From contig CAWKZU010000005.1 of NCBI GenBank assembly GCA_963854585.1, positions 13,806 through 77,805 of the forward strand: a stretch of 64,000 nucleotides of DNA, given 5' to 3'. Position numbers and translations under genes: made by a program. The notes under the pieces are model-generated. The model had not been told where the DNA came from. It did no database searches and worked only from the letters and a program-made list of their open reading frames with translations. Shown one piece after another: positions 20,863 to 32,909 of the stretch. Source of the DNA: Gammaproteobacteria bacterium. Lineage in GTDB: Bacteria; Pseudomonadota; Gammaproteobacteria; Pseudomonadales; Porticoccaceae. The stretch's first letter is position 1, and each line of letters begins with the position of its first letter.

Positions 20863-21710
20863 CTGAACGAGATGCAACCAATAAGAGTAAATTCATTCTT
20901 ACTCTCGGCACTCTCGCCTCGCTCATTATCGTGGGAGGTGTACTCTACCAAGCTCAAAAAAACCTACCTAATGACCCTGAACTTCTCTCAATACCTGAAC
21001 AAGTCGTCGAAGCTGTCATTATCTCTGCAATAGTTCCAGAAGCCACCATACCAGAAGCGCTTAATCAGCCAGATAGTGCATCCAAGACTCCGTCAGAGCC
21101 CATAAAAACGCCGTTACCGTCGTTAGATGCGAGTGATGAGTTCGTGCGAGAACGCATTGTATTAATGAGTAGCAAGACTGAAATAAATAGCTGGCTGGCG
21201 GCCGATGACCTTGTTCGACGAACTGCTAGTTATCTCGACGGACTCTCAAGAGGCATAATGCTGGGTAAGATTTTCCCGCTAAGTTCTCCCCAAAGTAGCT
21301 TCGCAACGCATAACGACGGCGATGTGATTTGGCTGAATGCCGGTAACTATGAGCGATATAACACTACGGTTGCGGTGCTCGCATCGCTAGACATGGAATC
21401 CATGGCGCAAATGTTCCACTTTGCCCGTCCATTGCTAGAAAGCGCATTTCTTGAGATGGGGTATAAGCCCCGTCAGATGGACGGAATATTGTTAACCGCA
21501 ATAGATCAGGTTCTCAATACGCCCATTATAGTCGAGCCTATTAGCCTAACTCGGGATTCTGTGGCCTACAAATATGCCGACATGTCGCTAGAATCTTTAA
21601 CACCACTGCAAAAGCAACTTATACGCACGGGTCCTGAAAATACTCAAAGATTGCAACAGCAGGCGCTTTTATTGAAGAACGCTTTGCTTAATCCAAATGG
21701 CAGTCAATAG
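20859..21710 (+). CDS. DUF3014 family membrane-anchored protein
   Basis: N-terminal TM, Pro-rich linker, LPSLDASD, NYERY, YKYADMSLESLTPLQKQLIRTGPEN. Confidence 0.82.
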   Translation: MTERDATNKSKFILTLGTLASLIIVGGVLYQAQKNLPNDPELLSIPEQVVEAVIISAIVPEATIPEALNQPDSASKTPSEPIKTPLPSLDASDEFVRERIVLMSSKTEINSWLAADDLVRRTASYLDGLSRGIMLGKIFPLSSPQSSFATHNDGDVIWLNAGNYERYNTTVAVLASLDMESMAQMFHFARPLLESAFLEMGYKPRQMDGILLTAIDQVLNTPIIVEPISLTRDSVAYKYADMSLESLTPLQKQLIRTGPENTQRLQQQALLLKNALLNPNGSQ

Positions 21711-21739
21711 TCATATCAACATTTAAAGATAGCCTTAAA

Positions 21740-22306
21740 TTACGCCTTAGGTAAAGTCACACCAGTTTGCCCCTGATATTTACCACCTCTATCCGCATAG
21801 GATGTGGCGCAAACTTCATCGGATTCAAAAAATAACATTTGGGCCACACCTTCGTTGGCATAGATCTTTGCCGGAAGGTTAGTGGTGTTAGAAAACTCGA
21901 GTGTTACATGCCCTTCCCATTCTGGCTCAAGCGGCGTCACATTGACAATAATGCCACATCGAGCATAGGTCGATTTGCCTAAACAAATAGTCAAGACCGA
22001 ACGTGGAATCCTGAAATATTCAATCGTTCTAGCTAGAGCAAAAGAGTTAGGTGGAATGATGCAATAATCTCCACTGATATTAACAAAGGAGTCATCATCA
22101 AAATTCTTTGGGTCCACGGTTTTTGAGTGGACATTAGTGAATATTTTAAACTCATTGGCGCAACGAACATCGTATCCATAACTAGAAACACCGTAAGAGA
22201 TAACTCTCTGCTCTCCATTATAGCGAACCTGCTCTGCTTCATAGGGCTCGATCATTTTATGTTGCTCGGCCATACGGCGTATCCAATTGTCTGATTTAAT
22301 GCTCAT
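21740..22306 (-). CDS. dcd: dCTP deaminase
   Basis: [34 protein letters not shown]. Confidence 0.97.
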   Translation of the reverse strand: MSIKSDNWIRRMAEQHKMIEPYEAEQVRYNGEQRVISYGVSSYGYDVRCANEFKIFTNVHSKTVDPKNFDDDSFVNISGDYCIIPPNSFALARTIEYFRIPRSVLTICLGKSTYARCGIIVNVTPLEPEWEGHVTLEFSNTTNLPAKIYANEGVAQMLFFESDEVCATSYADRGGKYQGQTGVTLPKA

Positions 22307-22433
22307 GAATTAACTTCTCTTAGTTAGATTATTGCGCGCAAAATACTCGATAAACGTCGACTTAAAAACGCCAACGGTATGATACGCATTTATAGCTTTT
22401 CAGCAAGACCCACCACCGACGGATTAGCCTCTG

Positions 22434-23237
22434 TTATTCGAACTCTATGTCGGGACCACTATCGGCATGTACTGATTCTAGGGCTGCCATCACAGATCGA
22501 GCAATTTCTCGATACTGTTGTGCAATAGGCTGGTCTGGAAAAGCCGCCGCCAAAGGCAGCCCTTTATCGCCCTGCTGCCTAATCGAAAGGTCTAAAGGAA
22601 GACTACCCAACAGCGCAGTACCGTAATCAGCTGCCACTCTCTGACCCCCACCGTCGCCAAAAATATGCTCCGCATGACCGCATTCAGTGCAAACATGGAC
22701 TGCCATGTTCTCTACAATGCCTAACACGGGTATTTTCACTTTAAGGAACATCTCAATACCTTTTTGGGCATCAAGCAACGCAATATCCTGAGGCGTCGTT
22801 ACAATAATGGCTCCTGCTACCTGAGCCTTTTGCGACAACGTAAGCTGAATGTCACCCGTACCAGGAGGCATATCCACCACCAGTATATCGAGCTCACCCC
22901 ACTGGGTTTGCTGTAATAATTGTTGTAGCGCGCCAGCTGCCATAGGACCACGCCATGCCATCGGTGTCTTATCTGTCACCAAATAGGCCATAGACATAGT
23001 AGCAACACCATGAACCTCAATAGGCTTAAGATATTTTTCATCTACGGCTTCAGGGCGAGTGTTTTCTTCGACACCAAGCATCATACCAACACTTGGACCA
23101 TAGATATCTGCATCTAGAAGCCCCACTCGATAGCCTTCCTGATGTAATGCCAGCGCCAAATTTACCGCCGTTGTTGACTTACCTACGCCGCCTTTGCCTG
23201 ATGCAACTGCAATAATATTTTTCACCTGAGTTAACAC
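22434..23237 (-). CDS. apbC: Fe-S cluster carrier ATPase ApbC/Mrp (short form)
   Basis: GKGGVGKST, DADIYGPS, DMPPGTGD, VTTPQ, ENM..HVCTECG. Confidence 0.95.
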   Translation of the reverse strand: MLTQVKNIIAVASGKGGVGKSTTAVNLALALHQEGYRVGLLDADIYGPSVGMMLGVEENTRPEAVDEKYLKPIEVHGVATMSMAYLVTDKTPMAWRGPMAAGALQQLLQQTQWGELDILVVDMPPGTGDIQLTLSQKAQVAGAIIVTTPQDIALLDAQKGIEMFLKVKIPVLGIVENMAVHVCTECGHAEHIFGDGGGQRVAADYGTALLGSLPLDLSIRQQGDKGLPLAAAFPDQPIAQQYREIARSVMAALESVHADSGPDIEFE

Positions 23238-23372
23238 TAAATCACCCCAACCTATACTCTATTTAATTACTACGACAACTTAGCTCTGCTATTTCGCTCA
23301 ATAGCCCATGAAAAGTTACTATAAAATCGCTATACTCGCATCTCTACCAAGCTGCCGAAAAAGATTTCTAAC

Positions 23373-25394
23373 ATGCCGTCAAAACGTCAAATTCTGGTTA
23401 CCAACGCCTTGCCTTATGCTAATGCCGCTTTGCATCTGGGCCATATCTTAGAGTACACCCAAACCGATGTCTGGGTGCGCTTTCAAAAGATGCGCGGCCA
23501 CGAATGTTACTACGTTTCCGCAGATGATGCTCACGGCACTGCAATTATGTTAAAAGCGGACGAGAAAGGTATTAGCGCCGAAGAACATATTGCAAACATG
23601 CGTGCTATTCATGAAGCAGATTTTAAAGATTTTTTGATTGGTGTTGATAACTATCACTCCACTCATTCTGATGAAAACCGTGAATTTTCTGAGCTAATAT
23701 ACAATCGACTGAAGGCAAATGGGCATATCGCGCAGCGGTCCATTACTCAAGCATTTGATCCAGAGAAGAACCTTTTTCTCGCAGATCGCTACGTCAAAGG
23801 CACCTGCCCCAAATGTAAAGCTGATGATCAATATGGCGATAACTGTGAAGCCTGCGGTGCCACCTACTCGCCGGTCGATCTTATTAATCCCATATCCGTC
23901 ATTTCAGGTGCCACGCCTGTTGAAAAAGAGTCAGAGCATTACTTTTTCAAATTACCTGAATTTACCGCATTCTTAAAAGACTGGGTCGGCAGCGGCACCG
24001 TGCAAAAAGAAGTCGCTAATAAGCTAAGTGAATGGCTAGACAGCGGTTTACAAGAATGGGACATCAGCCGCGACGCACCCTATTTTGGCTTTGAAATTCC
24101 TGACGCTCCCGGCAAGTACTTTTATGTCTGGCTAGATGCGCCCATTGGTTACATGGCAAGTTTCAAAAACCTCTGTGATCGAGATGGGTTAGATTTTGAT
24201 CATTTTTGGAAAAAAGACAGCCCAACCGAGCTATATCATTTTATCGGCAAAGATATCGTTAATTTCCATGCCCTATTTTGGCCCGCGATGCTTAAAAGCG
24301 CTGAATATCGCACACCGACCAAAATTTGCGTGCATGGTTTTGTGACTGTCAATGGTAAAAAGATGTCTAAGTCTCGGGGCACCTTTATCAATGCACGTTG
24401 CTATCTAGATCATCTACATCCTGAGTATCTTAGGTACTACTATGCCTCTAAATTATCTGGCACGATCGAAGATATTGATCTCAATTTGGAAGACTTTACA
24501 CAAAAAGTAAACAGTGATTTAGTCGGCAAGGTTGTCAATATCGCCAGCCGTTGTGCCAAGTTTATTGCCAACGGCAACGATGGGGTCCTTTCATCGGCTA
24601 TTGATAATCCTGAACTATGGGCACAGGTCAGTGGCGCTGCCGATACAATTGCTAACCACTATGAAAATCGAGATTACGGTAAGGCTATTCGAGAAATTAT
24701 GGCGCAAGCGGATGCGGCGAATGAATATATCGCCCTCAAAGAGCCATGGAAACTCAATAAAGATGAATCACAGCAACAAAGTGTTCAGGACATTTGCTCG
24801 CTGGGTATTAACCTATTCCGCGTGTTGCTCACCTATCTAAAACCAGTCCTTCCTGCAATGGCTGAAGCGGGCGAGTCATTCCTAAATGACACCTTAACGT
24901 GGGACAGCGTAAAGCATCCCTTAGTCGAACATAAGATTAATCAGTTTAAGCCACTTATGCAGCGAATCGAAAAAGAGAGGGTCGATGCCATGGTTGAAGC
25001 CAGTAAACAGGATCTTGCTAATGAAATCCCGAAACTCATCAGCGGTGCCTTAGCAGATGAGCCCCTAGCCGATGAAATTAGCTTTGATGACTTCATTAAG
25101 GTAGACCTGCGTGTCGCTCGAATTGTGAGTGCGAGTCATGTCGAAGGAGCAGACAAGCTACTGCAACTTAATCTAGATATTGGTGGTGAAATGCGTCAGG
25201 TATTTTCAGGAATTAAATCATCCTATGACCCAGCAGACCTAGAAGGCAGACTTACCGTAATGGTGGCTAACTTAGCACCACGAAAAATGCGTTTTGGCAT
25301 GTCCCAAGGGATGGTTTTGGCAGCAGCAGACAAACAGGGTATTTATCTCTTAGAGCCTGATAGCGGGGCTCAACCAGGTCAAAGAATCACCTGA
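23373..25394 (+). CDS. metG: Methionine--tRNA ligase with C-terminal tRNA-binding domain
   Basis: HLGH, zinc-knuckle [31 protein letters not shown]. Confidence 0.99.
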   Translation: MPSKRQILVTNALPYANAALHLGHILEYTQTDVWVRFQKMRGHECYYVSADDAHGTAIMLKADEKGISAEEHIANMRAIHEADFKDFLIGVDNYHSTHSDENREFSELIYNRLKANGHIAQRSITQAFDPEKNLFLADRYVKGTCPKCKADDQYGDNCEACGATYSPVDLINPISVISGATPVEKESEHYFFKLPEFTAFLKDWVGSGTVQKEVANKLSEWLDSGLQEWDISRDAPYFGFEIPDAPGKYFYVWLDAPIGYMASFKNLCDRDGLDFDHFWKKDSPTELYHFIGKDIVNFHALFWPAMLKSAEYRTPTKICVHGFVTVNGKKMSKSRGTFINARCYLDHLHPEYLRYYYASKLSGTIEDIDLNLEDFTQKVNSDLVGKVVNIASRCAKFIANGNDGVLSSAIDNPELWAQVSGAADTIANHYENRDYGKAIREIMAQADAANEYIALKEPWKLNKDESQQQSVQDICSLGINLFRVLLTYLKPVLPAMAEAGESFLNDTLTWDSVKHPLVEHKINQFKPLMQRIEKERVDAMVEASKQDLANEIPKLISGALADEPLADEISFDDFIKVDLRVARIVSASHVEGADKLLQLNLDIGGEMRQVFSGIKSSYDPADLEGRLTVMVANLAPRKMRFGMSQGMVLAAADKQGIYLLEPDSGAQPGQRIT

Positions 25395-25428
25395 TAATGA
25401 TGCCGATAGTGAATTACTCATATTTATT

Positions 25429-25453
25429 TGACCGCCAAATTATGGGGTGGTCA
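25429..25453 (+). terminator. Possible metG terminator hairpin
   Basis: tgaccgcc...ggtggtca, 8-bp stem with one G-U; weak U-tract. Confidence 0.4.
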
Positions 25454-25552
25454 TGATAGTAAAAAAACTGCCTATAGGTGTATTTTAGTTATTGAATAGC
25501 ACCGCCAGATTGCAACATACTAGTTATCCGCTACATCTATTATACTGAGCTC

Positions 25553-26128
25553 ATGCAAGAATTCGCCATCATCCTGGTCAGCTCTATTCTGATCAACAAT
25601 TATGTACTCGTTCAGTTCCTCGGGCTCTGTCCTTTCATGGGCGTGTCAAAAAAGCTTGAGTCAGCCATTGGTATGTCAGCGGCTACAACCTTTGTATTAA
25701 CCCTCACCGCCATGGCCAGTTATATCGTCAATGAGCTCGTGTTAATGCCACTAGGGCTTATTTACCTCCGCACTATTGCATTTATTTTAGTCATCGCCGC
25801 AGTGGTTCAATTTACCAAGATGTTTATCGAAAAAACTAGCCCACTTCTGTATCGAGTATTGGGCGTCTTCTTGCCCCTGATAACTACCAATTGTGCAGTA
25901 CTCGGCGTGGCACTACAAAATGCCAGCAAAGACCTCAATTTTATGCAATCGTCTCTATATGGCTTTGGTGCAGGTGCCGGTTTTTCACTGGTATTAATCT
26001 TATTCTCGGCAATGCGCGAACGTTTGGCCGCTGCTGACATCCCCCAACCGTTTGAAGGGGCCGCCATCGCCATGATTACCGCCGGTCTAATGTCATTGGC
26101 ATTCATGGGATTTAGTGGGTTAGTGTGA
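25553..26128 (+). CDS. rsxA: Rnf/Rsx electron transport complex subunit A
   Basis: [23 protein letters not shown]. Confidence 0.97.
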   Translation: MQEFAIILVSSILINNYVLVQFLGLCPFMGVSKKLESAIGMSAATTFVLTLTAMASYIVNELVLMPLGLIYLRTIAFILVIAAVVQFTKMFIEKTSPLLYRVLGVFLPLITTNCAVLGVALQNASKDLNFMQSSLYGFGAGAGFSLVLILFSAMRERLAAADIPQPFEGAAIAMITAGLMSLAFMGFSGLV

Positions 26129-26740
26129 ATGATTGATAGCATAGCCCAACAACCAATGCTTGCCGCCCTCATAGCCCTAGTGAGCCTAGGGATTATTTTT
26201 GGAGCCCTGCTGGGGTTCGCCGCTGAAAAGTTCAAAGTACAGGGCGACCCGATTGTTGAGCAAATTGATAATCTGCTACCACAAACCCAATGTGGTCAAT
26301 GTGGATTTCCCGGCTGCCGTCCCTACGCTCAATCTATTGCCGATGGCGATGCGATTAACAAGTGTCCTCCGGGAGGCCAAAACACCATTAACGCTATTGC
26401 TAACCTGCTTGATGTGCCAGCCCCAGCATTAGACGAAGAACACGGTGAAGAGGAAGAGATTAAAACTATTGCCTACATCCGAGAAGACGAATGTATCGGT
26501 TGTACCAAATGCATACAGGCCTGCCCAGTAGATGCAATATTGGGTGCAGCCAAGCTCATGCATACTGTTATCGTGTCGGAATGCACAGGGTGCGACCTCT
26601 GCATTGAGCCCTGTCCAGTGGACTGTATCGATATGCTGCCAGTTGTCCAAGGTATCGTGCAATGGCACTGGCCGACGCCTCCCACTACTATTGACCTTAT
26701 AGCGACCAGCAAAATGTCATCTCAAGAGGATGTCGCATGA
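26129..26740 (+). CDS. rsxB: Rnf/Rsx subunit B
   Basis: [23 protein letters not shown], two CxxCxxCxxxCP ferredoxin motifs. Confidence 0.97.
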   Translation: MIDSIAQQPMLAALIALVSLGIIFGALLGFAAEKFKVQGDPIVEQIDNLLPQTQCGQCGFPGCRPYAQSIADGDAINKCPPGGQNTINAIANLLDVPAPALDEEHGEEEEIKTIAYIREDECIGCTKCIQACPVDAILGAAKLMHTVIVSECTGCDLCIEPCPVDCIDMLPVVQGIVQWHWPTPPTTIDLIATSKMSSQEDVA

Positions 26741-28464
26741 GTCGCACCTGGGAGACTCCCGGCGGCGTTCACCCGCCAGAAAATAAATCACAGTCAATGA
26801 CTCAGAGTATTGGGCACTTACCCATCCCGGGTACTCTAGTGATTCCACTGCATCAACATATAGGCTCTCCATCAAAAATCGATGTCACCATTGGGCAGAC
26901 TGTACTCAAAGGTCAGACATTAACAACGGCAACCCATTCAAATAATTTACCAGTACATGCATCGACCTCAGGGACTGTGATTGCTATCGATGATCAGCCA
27001 GTCGCACATCCTTCAGGCTTAACTGCCCCCTGCGTAACCATCGCTAGCGATGGTAGAGACCAATGGATCGAGCATGTCGGTATTACACATTTCCGACGAT
27101 GTAGCCCCCTAGATTTATTACAGATAATTACCGATGCCGGTATTGCTGGGATGGGCGGAGCAGGTTTTCCATCCGCCATCAAACTAAGTCCTAGTAAAGA
27201 CAAAGCCATCGACACCCTCATTATTAATGCGACAGAATGTGAGCCCTATATCACCGCCGATGATGCCGCTATGCGCGAAAAACCTCAAGATCTGATTCAA
27301 GGGATAGAGATCGCCTGCCACATTTTGAACGACCCAAAGAGAGTTGTGATTGGCATCGAAGATAACAAACCTCAGGCTATCAAAGCGCTGCGACCATATA
27401 TCCAAGAGAGCTCTATTGAAATAGTACCCTTTCCTACTAAGTACCCCTCTGGAGGCGAAAAACAATTAATTTATATACTTACCGGCCGTGAGGTTCCTAG
27501 TGGTGGCTTGCCTATCGATTTAGGTATGGTTTGTTTAAATATCGGAACGCTTATAGCGATCAAACGAGCTGTCATTGATGGCGAACCACTCATTTCACGA
27601 ATCACCACCGTCACTGGCGAAGCCTGCGGAGTTAACCGTAATTATGAGGTTCTTATTGGCACGCCAATAAGCCATCTTCTGACGCACAATGAGTTTGATG
27701 AACACAACTGCAGTCGACTCATTATGGGCGGCCCCATGATGGGCTTTAGCTTAACCTCTACCGATGTTCCCGTGGTTAAAACAACCAACTGTATACTGGC
27801 GCCCGGTCATTCTGAAATTCCAGCTGATACGCCTGCTCAAGCCTGTATACGTTGTGGACTGTGCGCTGAAGCCTGTCCGGTTTCGCTCTTACCCCAGCAA
27901 CTGTTCTGGTATGCACAGGCTAAAGACCAAGAGCGTTTAGAAGCACATAATCTGTTCGACTGTATAGAATGTGGTGCCTGCTCTTACGTGTGTCCGAGCA
28001 ATATTCCTCTGGTTCAGCACTACAGAAATAGTAAAGGTGAGATTCGCAAAGCCAATATCGATAAAATTGACGCCGACAACGCGAGACAACGTTTTGAATT
28101 TCGCAAATTGCGTCTAGAGCAAGCTGATGAGCAACGGCAAGCTAAACGTGAAGCACGACGATTGGTAACCGAACAAGCGAGAGCGACTAGCAATACATCA
28201 CAACCCGGATCCTCTGCAGCCGATATTATCGCCGCAGCGCAACAACGAGTCATAACCAAACAAGCATCTCCTGAGCAGCAAAAAGCCAAGTTCGAACGCG
28301 CTCTATTGGCGGCACAGTCTAGACTGCAAGAGGCCGAAAAACGATTGATAGAAGCCACCACAAATGGCAGTAAACAACAGCAAACTATATGCAGTGCAAG
28401 TGTCGAAAGCGCGAGACAAAAAGTTGATCAAGCACAATATCGGCTGAGGGAACTAACTGAATAA
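26737..28464 (+). CDS. rsxC: Rnf/Rsx subunit C
   Basis: [46 protein letters not shown]; coiled-coil tail. Confidence 0.97.
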   Translation: MSRTWETPGGVHPPENKSQSMTQSIGHLPIPGTLVIPLHQHIGSPSKIDVTIGQTVLKGQTLTTATHSNNLPVHASTSGTVIAIDDQPVAHPSGLTAPCVTIASDGRDQWIEHVGITHFRRCSPLDLLQIITDAGIAGMGGAGFPSAIKLSPSKDKAIDTLIINATECEPYITADDAAMREKPQDLIQGIEIACHILNDPKRVVIGIEDNKPQAIKALRPYIQESSIEIVPFPTKYPSGGEKQLIYILTGREVPSGGLPIDLGMVCLNIGTLIAIKRAVIDGEPLISRITTVTGEACGVNRNYEVLIGTPISHLLTHNEFDEHNCSRLIMGGPMMGFSLTSTDVPVVKTTNCILAPGHSEIPADTPAQACIRCGLCAEACPVSLLPQQLFWYAQAKDQERLEAHNLFDCIECGACSYVCPSNIPLVQHYRNSKGEIRKANIDKIDADNARQRFEFRKLRLEQADEQRQAKREARRLVTEQARATSNTSQPGSSAADIIAAAQQRVITKQASPEQQKAKFERALLAAQSRLQEAEKRLIEATTNGSKQQQTICSASVESARQKVDQAQYRLRELTE

Positions 28465-29531
28465 TGGCATTTAAGCAAATAAGCTCACCTCACGGGCACA
28501 ACCCTCAAAGTACTAGTTGGATTATGCAACTCGTACTGCTTTCTACCTTGCCTGGATTTCTGGCGCTGAGTTATCAATTCGGCTGGGGCACCTTCATTAA
28601 TTTAATCATCGCAGTGGTGACCTCGCTAATAGCCGAATCAGCGATCCTTGCACTTAGAAATAGACCCATTACTTTTTATCTAAAAGACTACAGTGCAGCC
28701 GTAACTGCTGTTCTCCTTGCCCTAGCTCTACCGCCTCTGGCACCGTGGTGGGTGGTGGTTGTGGGGTCTCTATTCGCCATTGTGGTCGCCAAGCAGCTCT
28801 ATGGTGGGATTGGCTATAACCCCTTTAATCCGGCCATGGTTGGCTATGTAGTACTACTTATTAGTTTTCCCATTGAAATGACTAGCTGGGTTACGCCGAT
28901 ATCTCTTTTGCCTGAAGGAGTAACCCATCCGGGCCTATGGGAATCACTTAGCATTGTGTTTGCAGGCAACACCCCCGTTGATGGCGTCACTGGCCCAACA
29001 CCGCTCGACCTTTTCAAACACAGTAACGGGCTGGTAGTCGACCAAATTTATCAGAATGAAGCCTTATTCAGCCAAGCAAGCTTTGCCGGTGTTGGCTGGG
29101 AATGGGTCAATGTTGGATTTTTAATCGGCGGTCTAATCTTACTTAAAACACGTATTTTTACGTGGCATGGCCCTCTGGCGATGCTCGGCACCCTAGCATT
29201 AATGTCGATCTTATTTTGGGATGGTGGCAGCTCAGACAGTCCCGGTTCACCGATTATGCATCTGTTCAGCGGCGCATCGATGATGGGCGCATTCTTTATC
29301 CTGACCGACCCCGTTTCCTCAGCGGTCAGTAATCGTGGTCGACTTATTTACGGTGCGCTGATTGGGTTGTTAGTTTATGTTATTCGCGCTTGGGGTAATT
29401 ACCCCGATGCCATAGCTTTTGCAGTACTCCTAGCTAACTTTGCCGCGCCCTTTATCGACAACTACACATTGCCACGTACCTATGGTCATACTGACCGGCG
29501 CAAGGCGACTGAAAAGCAGGAGGAAGAATGA
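28464..29531 (+). CDS. rsxD: Rnf/Rsx subunit D
   Basis: KQLYGGIGYNPFNPA, DGVTGPTPL (FMN-Thr), TDPVS. Confidence 0.97.
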   Translation: MAFKQISSPHGHNPQSTSWIMQLVLLSTLPGFLALSYQFGWGTFINLIIAVVTSLIAESAILALRNRPITFYLKDYSAAVTAVLLALALPPLAPWWVVVVGSLFAIVVAKQLYGGIGYNPFNPAMVGYVVLLISFPIEMTSWVTPISLLPEGVTHPGLWESLSIVFAGNTPVDGVTGPTPLDLFKHSNGLVVDQIYQNEALFSQASFAGVGWEWVNVGFLIGGLILLKTRIFTWHGPLAMLGTLALMSILFWDGGSSDSPGSPIMHLFSGASMMGAFFILTDPVSSAVSNRGRLIYGALIGLLVYVIRAWGNYPDAIAFAVLLANFAAPFIDNYTLPRTYGHTDRRKATEKQEEE

Positions 29532-30190
29532 TCATTAAGTCGATTCGCTCCAACAGTATTGCCTTGGCTCTCTTCGCTTTAGCGACCGCACTAGTATTGT
29601 CATCGGTAGACGACCTCACTCGCGATAAGATCGACTATGCCGAACGTTTAGCTGCCCAGCGAGCACTACTAGAAATAGTCCCACCAGAACGTCACAACAA
29701 TGATTTACTTTTAGATACCCAACCTGTGCCAGAAGCCTTTTGGTCGATCTTGGGCCTTATTAAAGGCGGCAATATCCATATCGCACGCTATAACGGTGAG
29801 CCTGTAGCTGCAATTGTTCCCTCAGTAACTGCCGATGGTTACAGTGGTGATATTGCCATGATTATTGGGATTAACAGCGAAGGCACCATTGCCGGTGTGC
29901 GCGTAGTACAGCATAAGGAAACACCTGGCCTAGGTGATAAAATTGACCTTAAAAAGAACGATTGGATTCTCGCCTTTAATGGTAAGTCTCTATCCAATAT
30001 GGCACGCTCGCAATGGGCTGTTAAAAAAGACGGTGGTCAATTCGACCAGTTTACCGGGGCTACTATTACACCCAGGGCAGTAATTAATCAGATTGTGGCA
30101 ACTTTAGATTATTTTAATCAAGACAGTGACAGACTATTTAACCAACCGCAGAAAAAAGACACGAATAGCACTGGACAGGTGGAACAATGA
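29528..30190 (+). CDS. rsxG: Rnf/Rsx subunit G
   Basis: [24 protein letters not shown] (FMN-Thr). Confidence 0.96.
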   Translation: MIIKSIRSNSIALALFALATALVLSSVDDLTRDKIDYAERLAAQRALLEIVPPERHNNDLLLDTQPVPEAFWSILGLIKGGNIHIARYNGEPVAAIVPSVTADGYSGDIAMIIGINSEGTIAGVRVVQHKETPGLGDKIDLKKNDWILAFNGKSLSNMARSQWAVKKDGGQFDQFTGATITPRAVINQIVATLDYFNQDSDRLFNQPQKKDTNSTGQVEQ

Positions 30191-30900
30191 GCGAGGCAAC
30201 CGTAAGGGAAGTCGCCGGAAATGGTCTTTGGCATAACAACCCAGCACTCGTTCAGTTGTTAGGCCTATGTCCTCTTTTGGCGGTCAGTTCGACAGTGGCT
30301 AACGCTTTAGGCTTAGGCTTGGCCACGATGATGGTGCTTATTGGATCCAACACTATCGTGTCTTTAATCCGTAATCACGTTAATGACGCCGTTCGATTAC
30401 CTGTGTTCGTGATCATTATTGCCGCCTTTGTCACCTGCGCTGAATTACTGATGAAAGCTTACACGTATGATCTGTATCAAATACTCGGTATATTTGTACC
30501 GCTCATTGTAACCAACTGTGCTATTTTGGGCCGCGCAGAAGCGTTTGCCAGTAAAAACAATGTGGGTCTTGCTGCCCTCGATGGCGTCATGATGGGAATG
30601 GGATTTTTATTAGTGTTAGTGGCGCTAGGTGCCATTAGAGAATTGCTCGGCCAAGGTACTTTGTTTGTGGATATGCATCTATTGTTTGGACCCATTGCCC
30701 TCAACTGGCTGATCCAGCCCTTTGGCCCAAATTACAGCTTTTTAATTATTGTACTACCGCCCGGTGCATTCTTAGTTACAGGGCTTTTAATCGCACTCAA
30801 AAACGTTATCGACAATGTACTTAAAGCCCGCGCTGACAAGTCCCGCAATAAGCCCATTAAGGGAGCAAAACGAGTACGCACGACGGGTCATATTAGTTAA
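30187..30900 (+). CDS. rsxE: Rnf/Rsx subunit E
   Basis: [29 protein letters not shown]. Confidence 0.97.
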   Translation: MSEATVREVAGNGLWHNNPALVQLLGLCPLLAVSSTVANALGLGLATMMVLIGSNTIVSLIRNHVNDAVRLPVFVIIIAAFVTCAELLMKAYTYDLYQILGIFVPLIVTNCAILGRAEAFASKNNVGLAALDGVMMGMGFLLVLVALGAIRELLGQGTLFVDMHLLFGPIALNWLIQPFGPNYSFLIIVLPPGAFLVTGLLIALKNVIDNVLKARADKSRNKPIKGAKRVRTTGHIS

Positions 30901-31343
30901 TAATTATCGATGTCTTTGTCAAACAGCATCTCAATGTCGCGAAAGGCTTTGAATTCTAAATAGTTGTTGCTGGGATCACGAACAAAGAGGGTCACTTGCT
31001 CGCCTTTGCGCCCTTCAAAGCGCAGATAGGGTTTGATCACAAATTCAACTGCTGCGGCTTTCAGCCTAGCGACAAATATTTCATGCTGGGACCAATCTAA
31101 AATCACGCCAAAATGAGACGCTGGCACCGCGTGTCCGTCTACTGCATTAGTCGCAGCGAAGGGGTGATCTGCTGGGTCCACCAAATGGGCGACCAGTTGG
31201 TGACCGAAGAAATCAAAGTCGATCCAGCGTTCTGACTCACGGCCTGTGGAACAGCCTATAACGTCACAATAAAAGCTCCGCGCCTGTTCAAGATCGGTAA
31301 CAGGAAAGGCAAGATGGAAACGTGGCTGGCTGACTTTACTCAT
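30897..31343 (-). CDS. VOC (glyoxalase/extradiol dioxygenase-like) family protein
   Basis: [37 protein letters not shown]. Confidence 0.88.
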   Translation of the reverse strand: MSKVSQPRFHLAFPVTDLEQARSFYCDVIGCSTGRESERWIDFDFFGHQLVAHLVDPADHPFAATNAVDGHAVPASHFGVILDWSQHEIFVARLKAAAVEFVIKPYLRFEGRKGEQVTLFVRDPSNNYLEFKAFRDIEMLFDKDIDNY

Positions 31344-31453
31344 AGTGACTTTTAAGGGCTCTTTGGATTAGGTTATCACACTTGGTCTGCCCCAAGAACG
31401 GAACCGACCAAGATGATTTTTCTTGCTGTCTTAATATATTAGTTAGTTAACTC

Positions 31454-31837
31454 TTAGGCAATACGCAACAACGCACAGATCTTATTATCCGCAGGATCGC
31501 GCAGATATGCTAGATACATATCGCCCATATCGCCGCCAGCGCGCACACCGGGGGTCTCTTCACAGGTAGTACCGCCATTGGCAACGCCTGCAGCATGCCA
31601 GGCATCGCCCTGGGCAGTATCGGTGACATTAAAACCAATAGTGCTGCCATTACCATGACAGGCTGGCTCACCGTTAATCGGCACGCTTAAGCCAAGAACA
31701 CCCGATTCAGTAAAATAAAAGCAGCGACCCTTGGGGTCTATAATACCAGGCTTAATACCTAGCTCTCCGAGAATGGCATCGTAGAATTTTTTTGACTCTT
31801 CGATATTGTTTGCACCGATCATAATGTGACTAAACAT
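31454..31837 (-). CDS. VOC family protein (second, different subfamily)
   Basis: MFSHIMIG...SKKFYDA, GNGSTIGF, YLAYLRDPADNKICA. Confidence 0.88.
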   Translation of the reverse strand: MFSHIMIGANNIEESKKFYDAILGELGIKPGIIDPKGRCFYFTESGVLGLSVPINGEPACHGNGSTIGFNVTDTAQGDAWHAAGVANGGTTCEETPGVRAGGDMGDMYLAYLRDPADNKICALLRIA

Positions 31838-31978
31838 ACTAACTCCTAGTAAAACTTCATATTAAATAACCCTAATAGGGTTGGCTTTTGATTTTGTGTC
31901 CTAACTATTAAATATAATCTCTTTTATTTCGAACGATAGCAATGAGCGAAGCTTTAAAATTCAACTGATGGATAAGAC

Positions 31979-32875
31979 TTATAGCTCTATCTGCCCTGCA
32001 CTAACCAATACACTATTACCCGCCATCCAAACTCCGGTGAGCTTCCCATTCCTCTTTTCAGTACGTCCATGGAGGACACTGGGGCGACCCATTTCAACAC
32101 CTTGAGAAATCCGCCATCTAAAATCTCCCTCGCCAGCGGAGTCATAATGAGTCAGCAGGGCAATTAGCGCACAGTTTGCACTTCCAGTAGCGGGGTCTTC
32201 AGGCACACCGTCCAAAGGAGCAAACATGCGCGCCTTGATGTCAAATTCACCGTCACTCATCACGTACAGATGAATATGGGGTGATAAACCCTGATCAGCT
32301 AACGCCCTTAGTTGCTCCAAATTTATGCTAGCTTTTTGCAAGGCGGCATGGGTATCTAATTCAACAAATAAAAACTCCAACCCAACAGAGGCCTCTTGCG
32401 GCACATGTGTGTCGATACGGATATCGGACTCATCTAGGTTTAAAATAGTTGCTATAAAAGCGGGAGACACGACCTGACCAAGCCTTAAAGACTCTGGTGC
32501 ATTCAATTCGCAACTGATATCACCCTGCTGATCACGGCTAATACTAATTGGTACCAATCCAGCAGCCTCTTCAAATACAACGTTAAGGCCACCATCGATA
32601 CAGCCAAAGGCACCCTCTTGGGCCAATGCAAAAGCTGTTCCAATATTGGGGTGGCCAGCAAAAGGAATCTCGCGTGCTGGAGTAAAAATACGCACTCGAC
32701 GGGTCTGACCGAGCCGCGGTGGAAAAACAAACGTTGTCTCCGAAAAGTTAAACTCCCGTGCGATCTGCTGCATTTGAAGGTCTGTTAATCCTTCAGCGTC
32801 AGGCAGCACTGCTAGAGGATTACCGCTGAATCGTTGGTTGGTAAATACATCGCAAGTAAAGTATCGGTAAGTCAT
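31979..32875 (-). CDS. PhzF-family isomerase
   Basis: DVFT..FSGNPLAV, FNFSETTF, RIFTP.EIPFAGHP, EDPATGSA, QGVEMGRPS. Confidence 0.93.
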   Translation of the reverse strand: MTYRYFTCDVFTNQRFSGNPLAVLPDAEGLTDLQMQQIAREFNFSETTFVFPPRLGQTRRVRIFTPAREIPFAGHPNIGTAFALAQEGAFGCIDGGLNVVFEEAAGLVPISISRDQQGDISCELNAPESLRLGQVVSPAFIATILNLDESDIRIDTHVPQEASVGLEFLFVELDTHAALQKASINLEQLRALADQGLSPHIHLYVMSDGEFDIKARMFAPLDGVPEDPATGSANCALIALLTHYDSAGEGDFRWRISQGVEMGRPSVLHGRTEKRNGKLTGVWMAGNSVLVSAGQIEL

Positions 32876-32909
32876 AGGTACAATTTTCGTCCAAGAGATG
32901 AATTAAAGA

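Noticed and set aside
25393-25411. Fur-box-like GATAATGAT after metG
   Set aside because: Only the left half matches, it overlaps the metG stop, and it is about 140 bp from rsxA.
28020-28464. Ala/Gln/Arg-rich RsxC tail as a novel domain
   Set aside because: Low-complexity coiled-coil extensions are common in gammaproteobacterial RsxC.
31381-31412. CTTGGTC/GACCAAG inverted repeat between the VOC genes
   Set aside because: 18-nt loop, no U-tract and no second copy seen; too weak to call.
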